The position numbers were made by a program, and so were the translations under genes. Shown here in pieces: positions 43,872-53,268 of a stretch of 64,000 nt of DNA. Below the pieces are notes generated by a model. It was not told the DNA's origin. It did not search any database and saw nothing but the letters and a program-made list of their open reading frames with translations. Positions within the stretch are counted from its first letter, which is position 1, and each line of letters starts with the position of its first letter. This DNA is from Candidatus Aldehydirespiratoraceae bacterium (GTDB lineage Bacteria > Actinomycetota > Acidimicrobiia > Acidimicrobiales > Aldehydirespiratoraceae). The stretch spans positions 1,029,988-1,093,987 of the forward strand of contig OZ240617.1 in assembly GCA_965198365.1 (NCBI GenBank). The letters run 5' to 3'.

Positions 43872-46292
43872 ATGCCCCGACAACTCGAATTCGACCCCAG
43901 CTACGCCCGCGAAGTTGTCGATGTACCCGTTGCCGACGAGCTGAGCGAGTCGTTCCTCGCCTACTCACTCAGCGTCATCACTTCACGGGCCATCCCCGAC
44001 GTACGAGACGGCCTCAAACCGGTGCAACGCCGGATCCTCTGGTCGATGCTGCAAATGGGGGTCCGTCCAGGCACACCGTTCCGTAAATCCGCTCGCATAG
44101 TCGGCGACACCATGGGCCGTTACCACCCCCACGGCGACTCGGCCATCTACGACACCTTGGTACGTATGGGACAGGACTTCTCGCGGATGCTCCCGTTCAT
44201 CGACCCCCAAGGCAACTTCGGTTCGCTAGACGATCCACCCGCAGCCTCGCGCTACACCGAATGCCGCCTCGCTGAAGCAGCCATGGACATGGTCCGCGAA
44301 CTCGACGAAGACACCGTCGACTTCCGCTCCACCTACGACGGTGAAGGCGAAGAACCAGCTGTGTTGCCCGCCGCGGTGCCCAACATCATCGTCAACGGCA
44401 CCAGCGGGATCGCTGTCGGTATGGCCACCAACATGGCCCCGCACAACCTGCGTGAGGTGGCCGAGTTGATCAGGCTGGTGATGACCAGACGGCGGCCCAA
44501 GCCGACCATCGACGAGATGATGAGAGTGCTCCCGGGTCCCGACTTCCCGTCGGGCGGCACGGTGGTTAACGACGGCTTGCGTGATGCATACGAGTCCGGG
44601 CGTGGATCGTTCCGTATCCGAGCAAAGGCCGAACCCGAGCAGATCACGCGCTCCCGTCAAGCTCTGGTCGTCACCGAGTTGCCATATCTGGTGGGGCCCG
44701 AGCGGGTGATCAGCAAAGTCCAGGAATTGGTCAACAACGGCAGACTCGCCGGCATCGCGGGCATCTCCGATCTGAGCGACATGAAAGGGCTGCGTATTCA
44801 GATCGACCTGAAACCCGGAGTCAAGCCGCGGTTCGCACTCCAGGACCTGTACCGGCTGACGCCGCTGGAGGAGACGTTCGGTATCAACAATGTGGTGTTG
44901 GTCGGCGGCGTGCCGACCACGCTCGGCATCTACGACTTGTGTCACCACTACATAGAGCATCGCCTTGACGTGATCGTTCGCCGCACCGAATATCGCCTCG
45001 CCAAAGCGCAGGATCGCCTGCATATTCTCGAAGGCCTGCTGGTTGCCATTGACGCGATAGATGAGGTCGTTGCCATCATCCGCGACTCTCAGGATGCGGC
45101 CGAAGCCCGGGTGAGGCTGATCGAACGGTTCCTGCTGACCGACATCCAGGCGGCCCACATCCTCGACATGCCACTGCGCCGACTCACGGCCCTGGCCAAG
45201 CTCGAACTTGAAGAAGAAGCCACCGGGCTTCGCATCAACATTGCGGAGTACCACAAGCTTCTCAACTCTGAGACCAGGCGCCGTACTTTGGTGCTCAAGG
45301 AGCTTGACGAACTCGTTGACCAACACGGCGTGCCCCGACGATCTGAGATCGTTGCCGCTACCGAGATTGTGGTGCATGAACAACCCACCCGCGACGACAC
45401 GCAAACTGTTGGTGTCGATGAGCCATGCGTGGTAACCCTGTCCACCTCCGGCAACATTGGACGCGCCCCGACCAACGGTGCGAGAAGGGCAACGGTGGGT
45501 CGCCACGATCTGATTGCCGCACGCGCCATGACCACCACGGGCGCTGAGATTATGGCGGTCACGTCGGAGGGTCGGGTCATAGCGGTGCGGGTGCAGGAAG
45601 TTCCCGATGCTGCCGGCCGTGCCCGCGGAGTAGCGGCCGCTGTGCTGCTCGGGCTCAACAAAGGCGAGACGGTATTGACGCTGCTCACAGACGGCGAGGA
45701 ACGGCTAGTGCTGGTGACCGCCAATGGTGTCGCCAAGCGCCTGACGCTTGAGGAGTTGATGAATACCAGGTCGTCGGCGACCGTCATCTCGTTGAAAGGT
45801 GATGATCGTGTGGTGGCCGCGTTTCGTGCGCCGCTGGGTGTCGACATTGCCTTGGTTGCTTCTGACGGCCAGGTATTGCGCACTCCCGTTGATCCGATCA
45901 ACGACCAGGGCCGGGGTGCTGGAGGTGTGGCCGGTATGAGATTGCTCGGTGATGCCGAGGTCGTGGGGGCCGATGTGTTACTGGGCGATGGCGTAGTGCT
46001 GACGGTCACCAGCGCCGGGGGTGTCAAGGCAACGCCGTATGGTGACCTGCTTGCGAAGGGCCGCGGCGGTCAGGGTGTACGCATCGCCAGGTTGGCCGTC
46101 GGTGAGACAGTTACGGGCACTTGGTTCGGGCCAGCGGCTATGACAGATGTCTATGCGCTAATGGCTGACTACGACGACCCCCGCAAGCTCGACCCCAACC
46201 CCGTCGCGTTCAACATCGAAGCAAGTGCCCGTGATCTGGTGCCGAGCCGCACTGAGCGCCAAATTATGGTCGTCGCAGACGCTCGCTGGTAA
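43872..46292 (+). CDS. parC: type IIA topoisomerase subunit A (topo IV ParC-like / GyrA paralog)
   Basis: AIPDVRDGLKPVQRRILW, HPHGDSAIYDTLVRM, AASRYTECRL (active-site Tyr). About 800 aa, without a recognisable GyrA box. Confidence 0.8.
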   Translation: MPRQLEFDPSYAREVVDVPVADELSESFLAYSLSVITSRAIPDVRDGLKPVQRRILWSMLQMGVRPGTPFRKSARIVGDTMGRYHPHGDSAIYDTLVRMGQDFSRMLPFIDPQGNFGSLDDPPAASRYTECRLAEAAMDMVRELDEDTVDFRSTYDGEGEEPAVLPAAVPNIIVNGTSGIAVGMATNMAPHNLREVAELIRLVMTRRRPKPTIDEMMRVLPGPDFPSGGTVVNDGLRDAYESGRGSFRIRAKAEPEQITRSRQALVVTELPYLVGPERVISKVQELVNNGRLAGIAGISDLSDMKGLRIQIDLKPGVKPRFALQDLYRLTPLEETFGINNVVLVGGVPTTLGIYDLCHHYIEHRLDVIVRRTEYRLAKAQDRLHILEGLLVAIDAIDEVVAIIRDSQDAAEARVRLIERFLLTDIQAAHILDMPLRRLTALAKLELEEEATGLRINIAEYHKLLNSETRRRTLVLKELDELVDQHGVPRRSEIVAATEIVVHEQPTRDDTQTVGVDEPCVVTLSTSGNIGRAPTNGARRATVGRHDLIAARAMTTTGAEIMAVTSEGRVIAVRVQEVPDAAGRARGVAAAVLLGLNKGETVLTLLTDGEERLVLVTANGVAKRLTLEELMNTRSSATVISLKGDDRVVAAFRAPLGVDIALVASDGQVLRTPVDPINDQGRGAGGVAGMRLLGDAEVVGADVLLGDGVVLTVTSAGGVKATPYGDLLAKGRGGQGVRIARLAVGETVTGTWFGPAAMTDVYALMADYDDPRKLDPNPVAFNIEASARDLVPSRTERQIMVVADARW

Positions 46293-46311
46293 ACCCCGAT
46301 AGATGCGTTGG

Positions 46312-47406
46312 TCAGGTGAACTGATCGAGTGCGTCGATGATTCTTTGTTGCTGGTCGGAGTTGAAGCCGTTGAAAGGTCGGGAGCCTTCGGTCAGGTCGG
46401 CGTTGAGCAGAATCATTGAGCTGTTGACGTTGATCCCGTATTGCCGCCAAGTTGTGAACGATGGATCCCACACCATGGTCGGTGTCGTGACTCCGAAGTC
46501 GGTGACGAAGCTGAGGGCCAAATTGAAGTCGTCTTGGGCGCCCATGCCGATGACTTGGATCTCGTTGATGTGCTCTCGAGCGAACTGCTCGACATGCGGC
46601 GCCTCGCGCCGACAAGTCGGTCAATGAGGCGCCCAGAACCACAACAGCACCGGTCGGTCACCGTCGACGGCGTCGGCCAGAGAGGTTATAGACCCGTCGG
46701 CGACGCTCAGGACTTGAATGCGCCGCCTGTCGCTGTTGGGTTGCAACAACGGGTCGTTGGCTGCCGCTGCTTCGAGGATCTCTTCTCGGGTGAGGGTTTT
46801 GGCGGTCGTGGTTGTTGGTGCCGCTGTGGTTGTTGGTCCGGCTGTGGTTGTTGATTCTTCGGTGATTGTCGATTCTTCGGTGGTGGCCGGTTCTTCGGTG
46901 GTAGTGGAAGCTTCGGTGGTTGTTGGTCCGGCTGTGGTTGTTGATTCTTCGGTGGTTGTTGGTCCGGCTGTGGTTGTTGATTCTTCGGTGGTTGTTGGTT
47001 CCTCGACGGTTGTGGGTTCTTTGGTGGTTGTCGTGATTGTTGTGGTTGCAGGACCTTCGGTTGTGTCGGATTCTCCCTCCGGTGTCGTGGTTTCGGTGGG
47101 CGCGGGATCAGGTACAGGTGTCCCTACCGTGGCGTCGCCATCGTCGGTCGCCGGTGTTGTCGGGGTTTCGGCAGGTGCGGGTTCAACTGTGCCTTTTTCT
47201 GTGCTCGAAGGCGCGTCCGAAGGATTTGTGGGCTCCGGCTCGAGAGGTGCGAGTGTGGTTGTCGCGAAAACAGCATCCTCCGACTCGTCTGGTGTCGAAG
47301 AATCACCCTCGCTGCTGCAAGCCGCGGCCAAACTGGCGAAGGCGATAGTGATCGCTAGTGTCAACGTAGGTAGTCGCTTGGGATTCAAGGCCTCAATCTT
47401 ACCCAA
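46312..47406 (-). CDS. TlpA/ResA-like thiol:disulfide oxidoreductase lipoprotein with an in-frame TGA at the first Cys of CxxC (candidate selenoprotein, or a pseudogene)
   Basis: ORFs 46621..47406 and 46312..46545 are in the same frame, separated only by TGA 46621-46623. Read-through gives LLWFWAPH-[TGA]-PTCRREAPHVEQF. Lipobox SLAAAC. Thr/Glu-rich linker. Confidence 0.65.
46590..46619 (-). promoter_or_regulatory. SECIS-like stem-loop 1 nt downstream of the in-frame TGA
   Basis: Minus strand: UGA-C-[CGAC]UUGU[CGGCGC]GAG[GCGCCG]CAU[GUCG]. A 4-bp lower and 6-bp upper stem, with a G-containing triloop 16-18 nt from the UGA. Confidence 0.4.
46826..46990. repeat. 36-nt in-frame repeats encoding the TTEESTTTAGPT linker
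   Basis: ggttgttggtccggctgtggttgttgattcttcggtg occurs three times (two in tandem) inside the lipoprotein linker. Confidence 0.75.
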
Positions 47407-47457
47407 ATCCGCTTCAATGTCACCCGTGCCTAGTACGGTATTGCGAACACTCGTTCG

Positions 47458-49545
47458 TTGACCGTGATCACCCTCGATTCGTTGGATTCCGCCTTGGCCG
47501 CAACCACCTCAACCGCTTACGACGCTGATGCGATCGAGACCCTTGAGGGCATGGAAGCCGTGCGCAAACGGCCGGGCATGTACATCGGCGGTACCGGCAG
47601 CGCAGGACTCATGCACCTCGTATGGGAGTTGATCGACAATGCTGTTGATGAGGCCGCAGCCGACTTTGCAACCAAGGTGGATGTCACTCTGCACCGCGAC
47701 AGATCGGTGGAGGTCAGCGACAACGGCCGAGGCATCCCCATCGACCGACACGCCAAACGCAAGGTTTCAGCGGTGGAAGTGGTGTTCACCGAGTTGCATG
47801 CGGGGGGCAAGTTCGGTGGAGGCGCCTACTCGTCATCGGGTGGTTTGCACGGAGTCGGGGCGTCGGTTGTCAACGCCCTGGCCAAAAAATTGACCGTCGA
47901 GGTTGACCGTGACGGTGGCACGCATGTGCTGGGTTTCAAGAACCGTGTGGCGGGTCAGTTCAACGGACGGGACGACTTCGACGCTGGTCATCAACTCCGG
48001 AAACTCAAGCGCATCCCAAGAAACCGGACTGGCACGCGAGTGCGCTTCTGGCCCGATTTCGAGATTTTCAAACCCGATGCCAGCGTCGACTTCGACGAGG
48101 TCTGTGAACGGGTGATTCAGGCGTGTTTCCTAGTGCCGACTATGCAGGTATCAGTTACCGACAAACGAGCGGGTGGCGCTGCCGAACCGTTCGTGTTCGC
48201 TAGTAAGGGAGGTCTCGCTGACCTTGTCGATCACCTCTCGGACTCTCCGCCGGTCTGTGGCGTCATCACCGGCAACGGCATCGACACATTCGTCGAAAAG
48301 GTGCCGGTCAACAAGAAGATGACAGACGTTGAGCGGGAATGCACCGTTGATATCGCGCTGCGTTGGGTTGACGGCTACGACACGAAGGTGGTGTCGTTCG
48401 TCAACACCATCCCCACCCCACAGGGTGGAACCCATTTGGCGGGATTCGACAAAGCCCTGACACGGGTAATCAACAACGTGGTGCTCAAGGACCACCACAA
48501 ACTCGCAAGACTCGCAAAACAAAACAAGCACAAAGCTGTCAAGGACGATGTACAGGAGGGCCTGGTAGCAGCGTTGAAAGTGACCTTCGCAGAACCACAA
48601 TTCCGCGGGCAGACGAAACAGGAATTGGGCACTCCCGCAATCGACGGAATTGTCAGCCGGGTGGTGTACGAACAACTCAAGGAGTGGTTCGAGCCCGGTG
48701 GAGGGCCCCGCACCCATGTCAAAGCGATTGCCGACAAGCTGTCGAACGCAGTTCAAAGTCGGGTCGCTTCCAAGACCCTGCTGGAGAACCAGCGCAAGGC
48801 GGCGAGTCTCGGTTCAACCGGGATGCCTCAAAAGCTCGCCGACTGCCGGATTCACGGAATGGATGCGGAACTGATTCTGGTGGAAGGGGACTCTGCGGCC
48901 GGCCCCGCCAAAAGGGGTCGCAACTCTGAAACGATGGCGATCCTGCCGCTACGGGGCAAGGTGGTCAATGCCCACAAGGCCAGCCAGAAGCAGGTGCTCG
49001 ACAACGCCGAGGCGCGGGCGTTGTTCACTGCCATGGGTGCTGGAGCGGGCGAAAAGTTCGACATCGAAGACACCCGTTATGGCCGCATAGTGATCTTGTG
49101 CGACGCCGATGTTGACGGTAGTCATATTCGTTGCCTGCTGTTGACCCTGATCTACAAGTACATGCGGCCGATGCTGGAAGCGGGCCGGGTATTTGCGGCC
49201 CAACCCCCCTTGTTCACCACCAAAATCGGAGATGAGACATATCGGGTCTACTCCGAAGAAGAAAAAGAGGCGGTGACTGATGAGCTGTGCAAAGGCAACC
49301 GTCGGCGAGAGAATGTCAAGTGGCAGCGCTTCAAGGGACTCGGCGAAATGAACGTCGAGGAATTGCGTCACTGCGCACTTGATCCGAATACTCGCACTCT
49401 GCGTCGGCTCACCATGGACGATGGCGCCCAGACAAAGGAAGCCCTTGAGATGTTCGAGGTTCTGATGGGTACAGACGTGTCGAGCCGACGCGAATTCCTA
49501 GTGCGAAACAGCGCCATAGTAGACAGCACAACCCTCGATATCTAG
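47458..49545 (+). CDS. parE: type IIA topoisomerase subunit B (topo IV ParE-like / GyrB paralog)
   Basis: EGMEAVRKRPGMYIGGTG, LVEGDSAAG, PLRGKVVN, LCDADVDGSHI (Toprim). TTG/GTG start. Confidence 0.85.
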   Translation: MTVITLDSLDSALAATTSTAYDADAIETLEGMEAVRKRPGMYIGGTGSAGLMHLVWELIDNAVDEAAADFATKVDVTLHRDRSVEVSDNGRGIPIDRHAKRKVSAVEVVFTELHAGGKFGGGAYSSSGGLHGVGASVVNALAKKLTVEVDRDGGTHVLGFKNRVAGQFNGRDDFDAGHQLRKLKRIPRNRTGTRVRFWPDFEIFKPDASVDFDEVCERVIQACFLVPTMQVSVTDKRAGGAAEPFVFASKGGLADLVDHLSDSPPVCGVITGNGIDTFVEKVPVNKKMTDVERECTVDIALRWVDGYDTKVVSFVNTIPTPQGGTHLAGFDKALTRVINNVVLKDHHKLARLAKQNKHKAVKDDVQEGLVAALKVTFAEPQFRGQTKQELGTPAIDGIVSRVVYEQLKEWFEPGGGPRTHVKAIADKLSNAVQSRVASKTLLENQRKAASLGSTGMPQKLADCRIHGMDAELILVEGDSAAGPAKRGRNSETMAILPLRGKVVNAHKASQKQVLDNAEARALFTAMGAGAGEKFDIEDTRYGRIVILCDADVDGSHIRCLLLTLIYKYMRPMLEAGRVFAAQPPLFTTKIGDETYRVYSEEEKEAVTDELCKGNRRRENVKWQRFKGLGEMNVEELRHCALDPNTRTLRRLTMDDGAQTKEALEMFEVLMGTDVSSRREFLVRNSAIVDSTTLDI

Positions 49546-49633
49546 ATGTATCGCTGGTCCTTGAGTGGTTCAGTCGCAGATCTTCGACGGGTTTCACCTT
49601 GCAGTGTCACACCCATGGTGTAGAACTACATAA

Positions 49634-50539
49634 GTGAAACTCGACTCCGACTCAGCCGGCTCTACCGAAGTGGGAGTTTCGGCATCTCCGGTCAGCGACG
49701 GGTCGACGCCTCCACTAATCCCCGTGCCTCCGCCTCGCCTCTCACCGTCCGGGGCCGGCACCTTCACGCAATGCCCCCGCCGCTGGAAATTCCGGTACAT
49801 CGATCGTCTGGCCGACCCTCCAAGCGCAGATGCACTGGCCGGGAGCTTCGCTCACCGGGTTCTCGAATTGTTGTTGCAGCGCGAACCGTCTGAGCGAACA
49901 ATCGAAGAGGCCCGGGTAATCGCTCGAACCGAGTGGCCTGAGACCGAGGCCATGGGCGACTATCAGGCGCTGGGGCACGACGAGGAGCAGTCTCGCCACT
50001 TTCGCTGGAAAGCATGGACAGCAATCGAGGGCCTGTGGCATCTAGAAGACCCCGCAACAGTGGAAGTACGAGCCACCGAACAAGACGTGGAAGCCGAACT
50101 GGCCGGAGTGCCCTTTCGTGGAATCGTCGACCGGATCGAAGAAGAAGGTGACGGGATCATCGTCACCGACTACAAGTCGGGGAAAGCTCCTTCTCATCGT
50201 TTCCGTCGGTCACGGCTCGACCAGGTGCTGCTGTATGCCGCGGCGGTGGAGGCATCCACAGGTGAGATGCCGGTGCGAGCACGCCTGCTGTATCTTGGCC
50301 AGCGCACTATCGGCATGGACGTGAACCGCAAAGAGATCGAGACCGTCACCCAAAAACTTGCTGGTACCTGGGCAGAGATCCACACGGCTTGTGCCGACGA
50401 TGAGTTCGAGCCACGCACCGGCCCGCTGTGCGGATGGTGCCCATACGTGTCGATGTGTCCGCAAGGCACCGCCGAAGTCGCCAAAAGAGCCAAAAACAAG
50501 GCCGATCGAGAAGCTGAGTTGCTAGCCATCGCTAGCTGA
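49634..50539 (+). CDS. PD-(D/E)XK nuclease with Cas4/AddB-like Cys cluster (RecB-family exonuclease)
   Basis: FTQCPRRWKFRYI, GIVDRIEEEGDGIIVTDYKSGK (D..D-x-K), C-terminal CGWCPYVSMC. Confidence 0.7.
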   Translation: MKLDSDSAGSTEVGVSASPVSDGSTPPLIPVPPPRLSPSGAGTFTQCPRRWKFRYIDRLADPPSADALAGSFAHRVLELLLQREPSERTIEEARVIARTEWPETEAMGDYQALGHDEEQSRHFRWKAWTAIEGLWHLEDPATVEVRATEQDVEAELAGVPFRGIVDRIEEEGDGIIVTDYKSGKAPSHRFRRSRLDQVLLYAAAVEASTGEMPVRARLLYLGQRTIGMDVNRKEIETVTQKLAGTWAEIHTACADDEFEPRTGPLCGWCPYVSMCPQGTAEVAKRAKNKADREAELLAIAS

Positions 50540-50590
50540 GTCACAACCACAGGTGTTGAGACGGTTCGTTTCCCAGCGGCTGTTGAGCGT

Positions 50591-50929
50591 CTATTCGGGG
50601 CTGTCGCTTCGAAACCAGCGCTTCCATAAATAACGCAGCACCAACGCGCCGATCAGCGTGCCAACCGCACTCACCAGAGCGCTGTTGATCAACAACTTGT
50701 CTGGGGGCGGGTTGGCGGGCTCCGGAGTAACCGTGGGAGCTGGTGGCGGATCCTCCCCGACGAGCGGGACCTCTTCGTTGTCCCCATAGGGAACCGACGT
50801 CGAGATGTCAGCACTAGCACCTTGACCACTGGTTGCGGTGGTGTCCGTGAGCAGCAGAGCGTCGACCGGGGCGGGACCCTCTGGCGCTGGTTTTGGACGC
50901 TGACGTTTAGCTTGTGGGTCATACACCAT
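50591..50929 (-). CDS. small Pro-rich protein with a C-terminal transmembrane anchor
   Basis: Start trimmed to MVYDPQAK (50929), because the longer ORF overlaps parA-like. C-terminal LINSALVSAVGTLIGALVLRYLW helix. Confidence 0.4.
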   Translation of the reverse strand: MVYDPQAKRQRPKPAPEGPAPVDALLLTDTTATSGQGASADISTSVPYGDNEEVPLVGEDPPPAPTVTPEPANPPPDKLLINSALVSAVGTLIGALVLRYLWKRWFRSDSPE

Positions 50930-51743
50930 TGGACACCTCGGTGTTGACGATGAGATCAAAAAGAGTGTCGAACTCGGCGGCTGCTTCTCTGGCACCGGGC
51001 CGGGCCCCGAGTGCGTGGATCGGTAGAGAATTGGCAGCCGCTTCGGTGACCGCGGCACGAAGCCGTACAGCTGGGAGCACCATGCTGCCATGGTCGGTTC
51101 GGAGCTGCTCGTCCCAATATCGGGCATCTCGAGTACGGCCCATGCGGTTGACAGCAACTCCCGCCACGGTGAGCGGCGCGGTGCGGCGGGCAGAGATTCG
51201 TTCCACCGTTCTCAGGATCTGGTTGACACCGTCTGAAGCCCAAGCGCCTGGTTCGGTGACGATCAAGGCTTGATCAGCGGCGAACAACCCATTGATAGTG
51301 AGCAGGCCCAGCGATGGGGGACAATCGATGATAACGATGTCGTGATCGACTCCTTCGAGCGCAACCGCAAGACGATTGTTGGCCCCGATGGGGTCGGTCA
51401 TCAATTGTGGTTCACGGGCTGCGAGAGCTGGCGTAGCGGGGACCACTGACGGGGGACGCCCACCGTCGGTCGGCCAAGAAGAGGTCGCCCGTAAACTCGC
51501 GATTGAACCGGGACGCTCTTCAGCCAGAGCGTGGTCGATGCTGAAAGGCGGATTCCAAACCCCCAGCCCGGTAGTGGCGTTTCCTTGGGGGTCGATATCG
51601 ATGACGAGGCAGTCGACTTGGCGAGCCCAAGCAGAGGCCGCCAAACCCAAGGCCACCGTTGTCTTGCCGACTCCACCCTTTTGGTTGACCAGCGTGAGGA
51701 CTTGCACACAGACAAGGTAGTCAACAGAAGCCCCCGCGGCCAC
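50919..51743 (-). CDS. ParA/MinD-family ATPase
   Basis: VNQKGGVGKTTVALGLA deviant Walker A, IIDCPPSLG. Confidence 0.8.
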   Translation of the reverse strand: MAAGASVDYLVCVQVLTLVNQKGGVGKTTVALGLAASAWARQVDCLVIDIDPQGNATTGLGVWNPPFSIDHALAEERPGSIASLRATSSWPTDGGRPPSVVPATPALAAREPQLMTDPIGANNRLAVALEGVDHDIVIIDCPPSLGLLTINGLFAADQALIVTEPGAWASDGVNQILRTVERISARRTAPLTVAGVAVNRMGRTRDARYWDEQLRTDHGSMVLPAVRLRAAVTEAAANSLPIHALGARPGAREAAAEFDTLFDLIVNTEVSNGV

Positions 51744-51783
51744 GGCGGAGCGGAGTTAGCGCGAGCGAGGGTGTTCGAATTGA

Positions 51784-52095
51784 TCAGGCTGCGCGTCTGG
51801 CTTTGTTCGCGCCCCTGAGTATGTCGTCGAGAGCGTCAACCAGATCGGGACGGTTCTCGAACAGTTCGTCCACCATAGGTCCGCTCCAAGGCACACATAG
51901 TTCCGCCGGTACTAGACCGGCTTTGGTCCACGATTCGGCAATACGGCGAATGGCGCCGTCTACTTGAGGATCGGCCGCGGTGACCGATGCGATTGCAAGT
52001 TCCTCAACGTTCCACTTGTCGTCTTGCACAAGTGGTGCCTTAACCAGTTTCAAGCGATAGCGCAGCGCTTCGGCAGCGATCATTGCGTGATTCAC
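51784..52095 (-). CDS. hypothetical protein (103 aa)
   Basis: ORF with protein-like composition upstream of the parA-like gene. No motif recognised. Confidence 0.4.
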   Translation of the reverse strand: MNHAMIAAEALRYRLKLVKAPLVQDDKWNVEELAIASVTAADPQVDGAIRRIAESWTKAGLVPAELCVPWSGPMVDELFENRPDLVDALDDILRGANKARRAA

Positions 52096-52221
52096 CGGTG
52101 GTGCCCTCCAACGGATCGAGCCTGTGGATCACCCACAGAGCGTATGGACAGATACGCCACAAACAATAAATCACGTTTCGTAAAATTTGGTGGATACGTG
52201 ATCCCCTTGGTTATCTTTTCT

Positions 52222-53226
52222 TTACATCTTGAACATGCAACAACCGGGGGCACAGTCGCGAGGTCGCGCAGGCAGAGCGCTCAGGGCTCGAGGATTCAGA
52301 TGGCCCAGTCGCTCCTCGATCAACTCGCGGGCCATTGCGATGAATTCGGGATCTGGAGCTGTCGCCGGCGTAGCCGCACGCTCGATATGGAGACCCAATT
52401 CGTCGGCTGTTGATGCTGCTTGGTGGTCTAGGTCCCACAGCACCTCAATATGGTCGGAGATAAAACCGACCGGGATCACGACCGCTCGTTGGTAACCCTG
52501 AGCAGCGAGCCAGCGGAGGTGATCGTTGATGTCGGGCTCAAGCCATGGCACTGAGGGAGACCCCGAGCGGCTCTGCCAAACGAGATGACAGGTGCTCTCG
52601 GGCGACACCGCGGTAGCCACTAGGTCCATGGTCGCCCGCAACTGGGCTTCATAGTCGCATGAGTTTGCCATCGCCACCGGTATGGAATGGGCAGCAAAAA
52701 CCAGCGGGGAAGGATCATTTGATGCAAGGCGCCCAAGAGCATCCTGGGTTGACCGAATGAACGGCTCGACAAACCCCGGATGGTCGAAGTAGGGCCGTAT
52801 CTTGTCGATTTGCAAAGCCTCAACACCCGCCGCTGACTTAGCGCGGTCTAGATCTTCGATGTACTGGCGACAGCTCGAATATGAACTGTAGGCAGATGTG
52901 ACCAGAGCTACGGCATGGCGGACTCCGTCGTCGGCCATCTGCGCGATCGTGTCGTCAAGCAGAGGATGCCAGTTGCGGTTTCCCCAATAGACAGGAAGCG
53001 AATAGCCAGCCGAATCGAGTTCTGACTGCAGTGCTTCATGAATAGCTCGGCACTGTTCGTTGATGGGACTGACACCGCCAAAATGTGCATAGTGAGCAGC
53101 TACCTCGGCAAGGCGCTCTGGCGGGATACCACGACCAGCTGTGACTCGCTCAAGAAAGGGCACGACATCTTCAGGCCCCTCTGGACCACCAAAGCTGACC
53201 AGCAGCACCGCGTCGATATCAGACAC
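52222..53226 (-). CDS. cpfC: ferrochelatase (coproporphyrin ferrochelatase type)
   Basis: AVLLVSFGGPEGPEDVVPFL N-terminus, ISDHIEVLWDLD motif, about 330 aa. Confidence 0.85.
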   Translation of the reverse strand: MSDIDAVLLVSFGGPEGPEDVVPFLERVTAGRGIPPERLAEVAAHYAHFGGVSPINEQCRAIHEALQSELDSAGYSLPVYWGNRNWHPLLDDTIAQMADDGVRHAVALVTSAYSSYSSCRQYIEDLDRAKSAAGVEALQIDKIRPYFDHPGFVEPFIRSTQDALGRLASNDPSPLVFAAHSIPVAMANSCDYEAQLRATMDLVATAVSPESTCHLVWQSRSGSPSVPWLEPDINDHLRWLAAQGYQRAVVIPVGFISDHIEVLWDLDHQAASTADELGLHIERAATPATAPDPEFIAMARELIEERLGHLNPRALSALPARPRDCAPGCCMFKM

Positions 53227-53268
53227 AACGCGAGGCTACCTCTGGCGAAGCGCCGCTAGCGTCGGCGG

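Noticed and set aside
46312-46545. Stand-alone 77-aa ORF downstream of the lipoprotein gene
   Set aside because: It is in frame with 46621..47406. The residues between the TGA and its Met (PTCRREAPHVEQFAREHINEIQVIG) complete the thioredoxin-fold motif, so it is the C-terminal part of one gene (Sec read-through or a pseudogene).
50930-51157. Longer version (188 aa) of the small membrane-anchored protein
   Set aside because: The upstream 76 codons overlap the parA-like coding region in another frame. It was trimmed to the internal Met at 50929.
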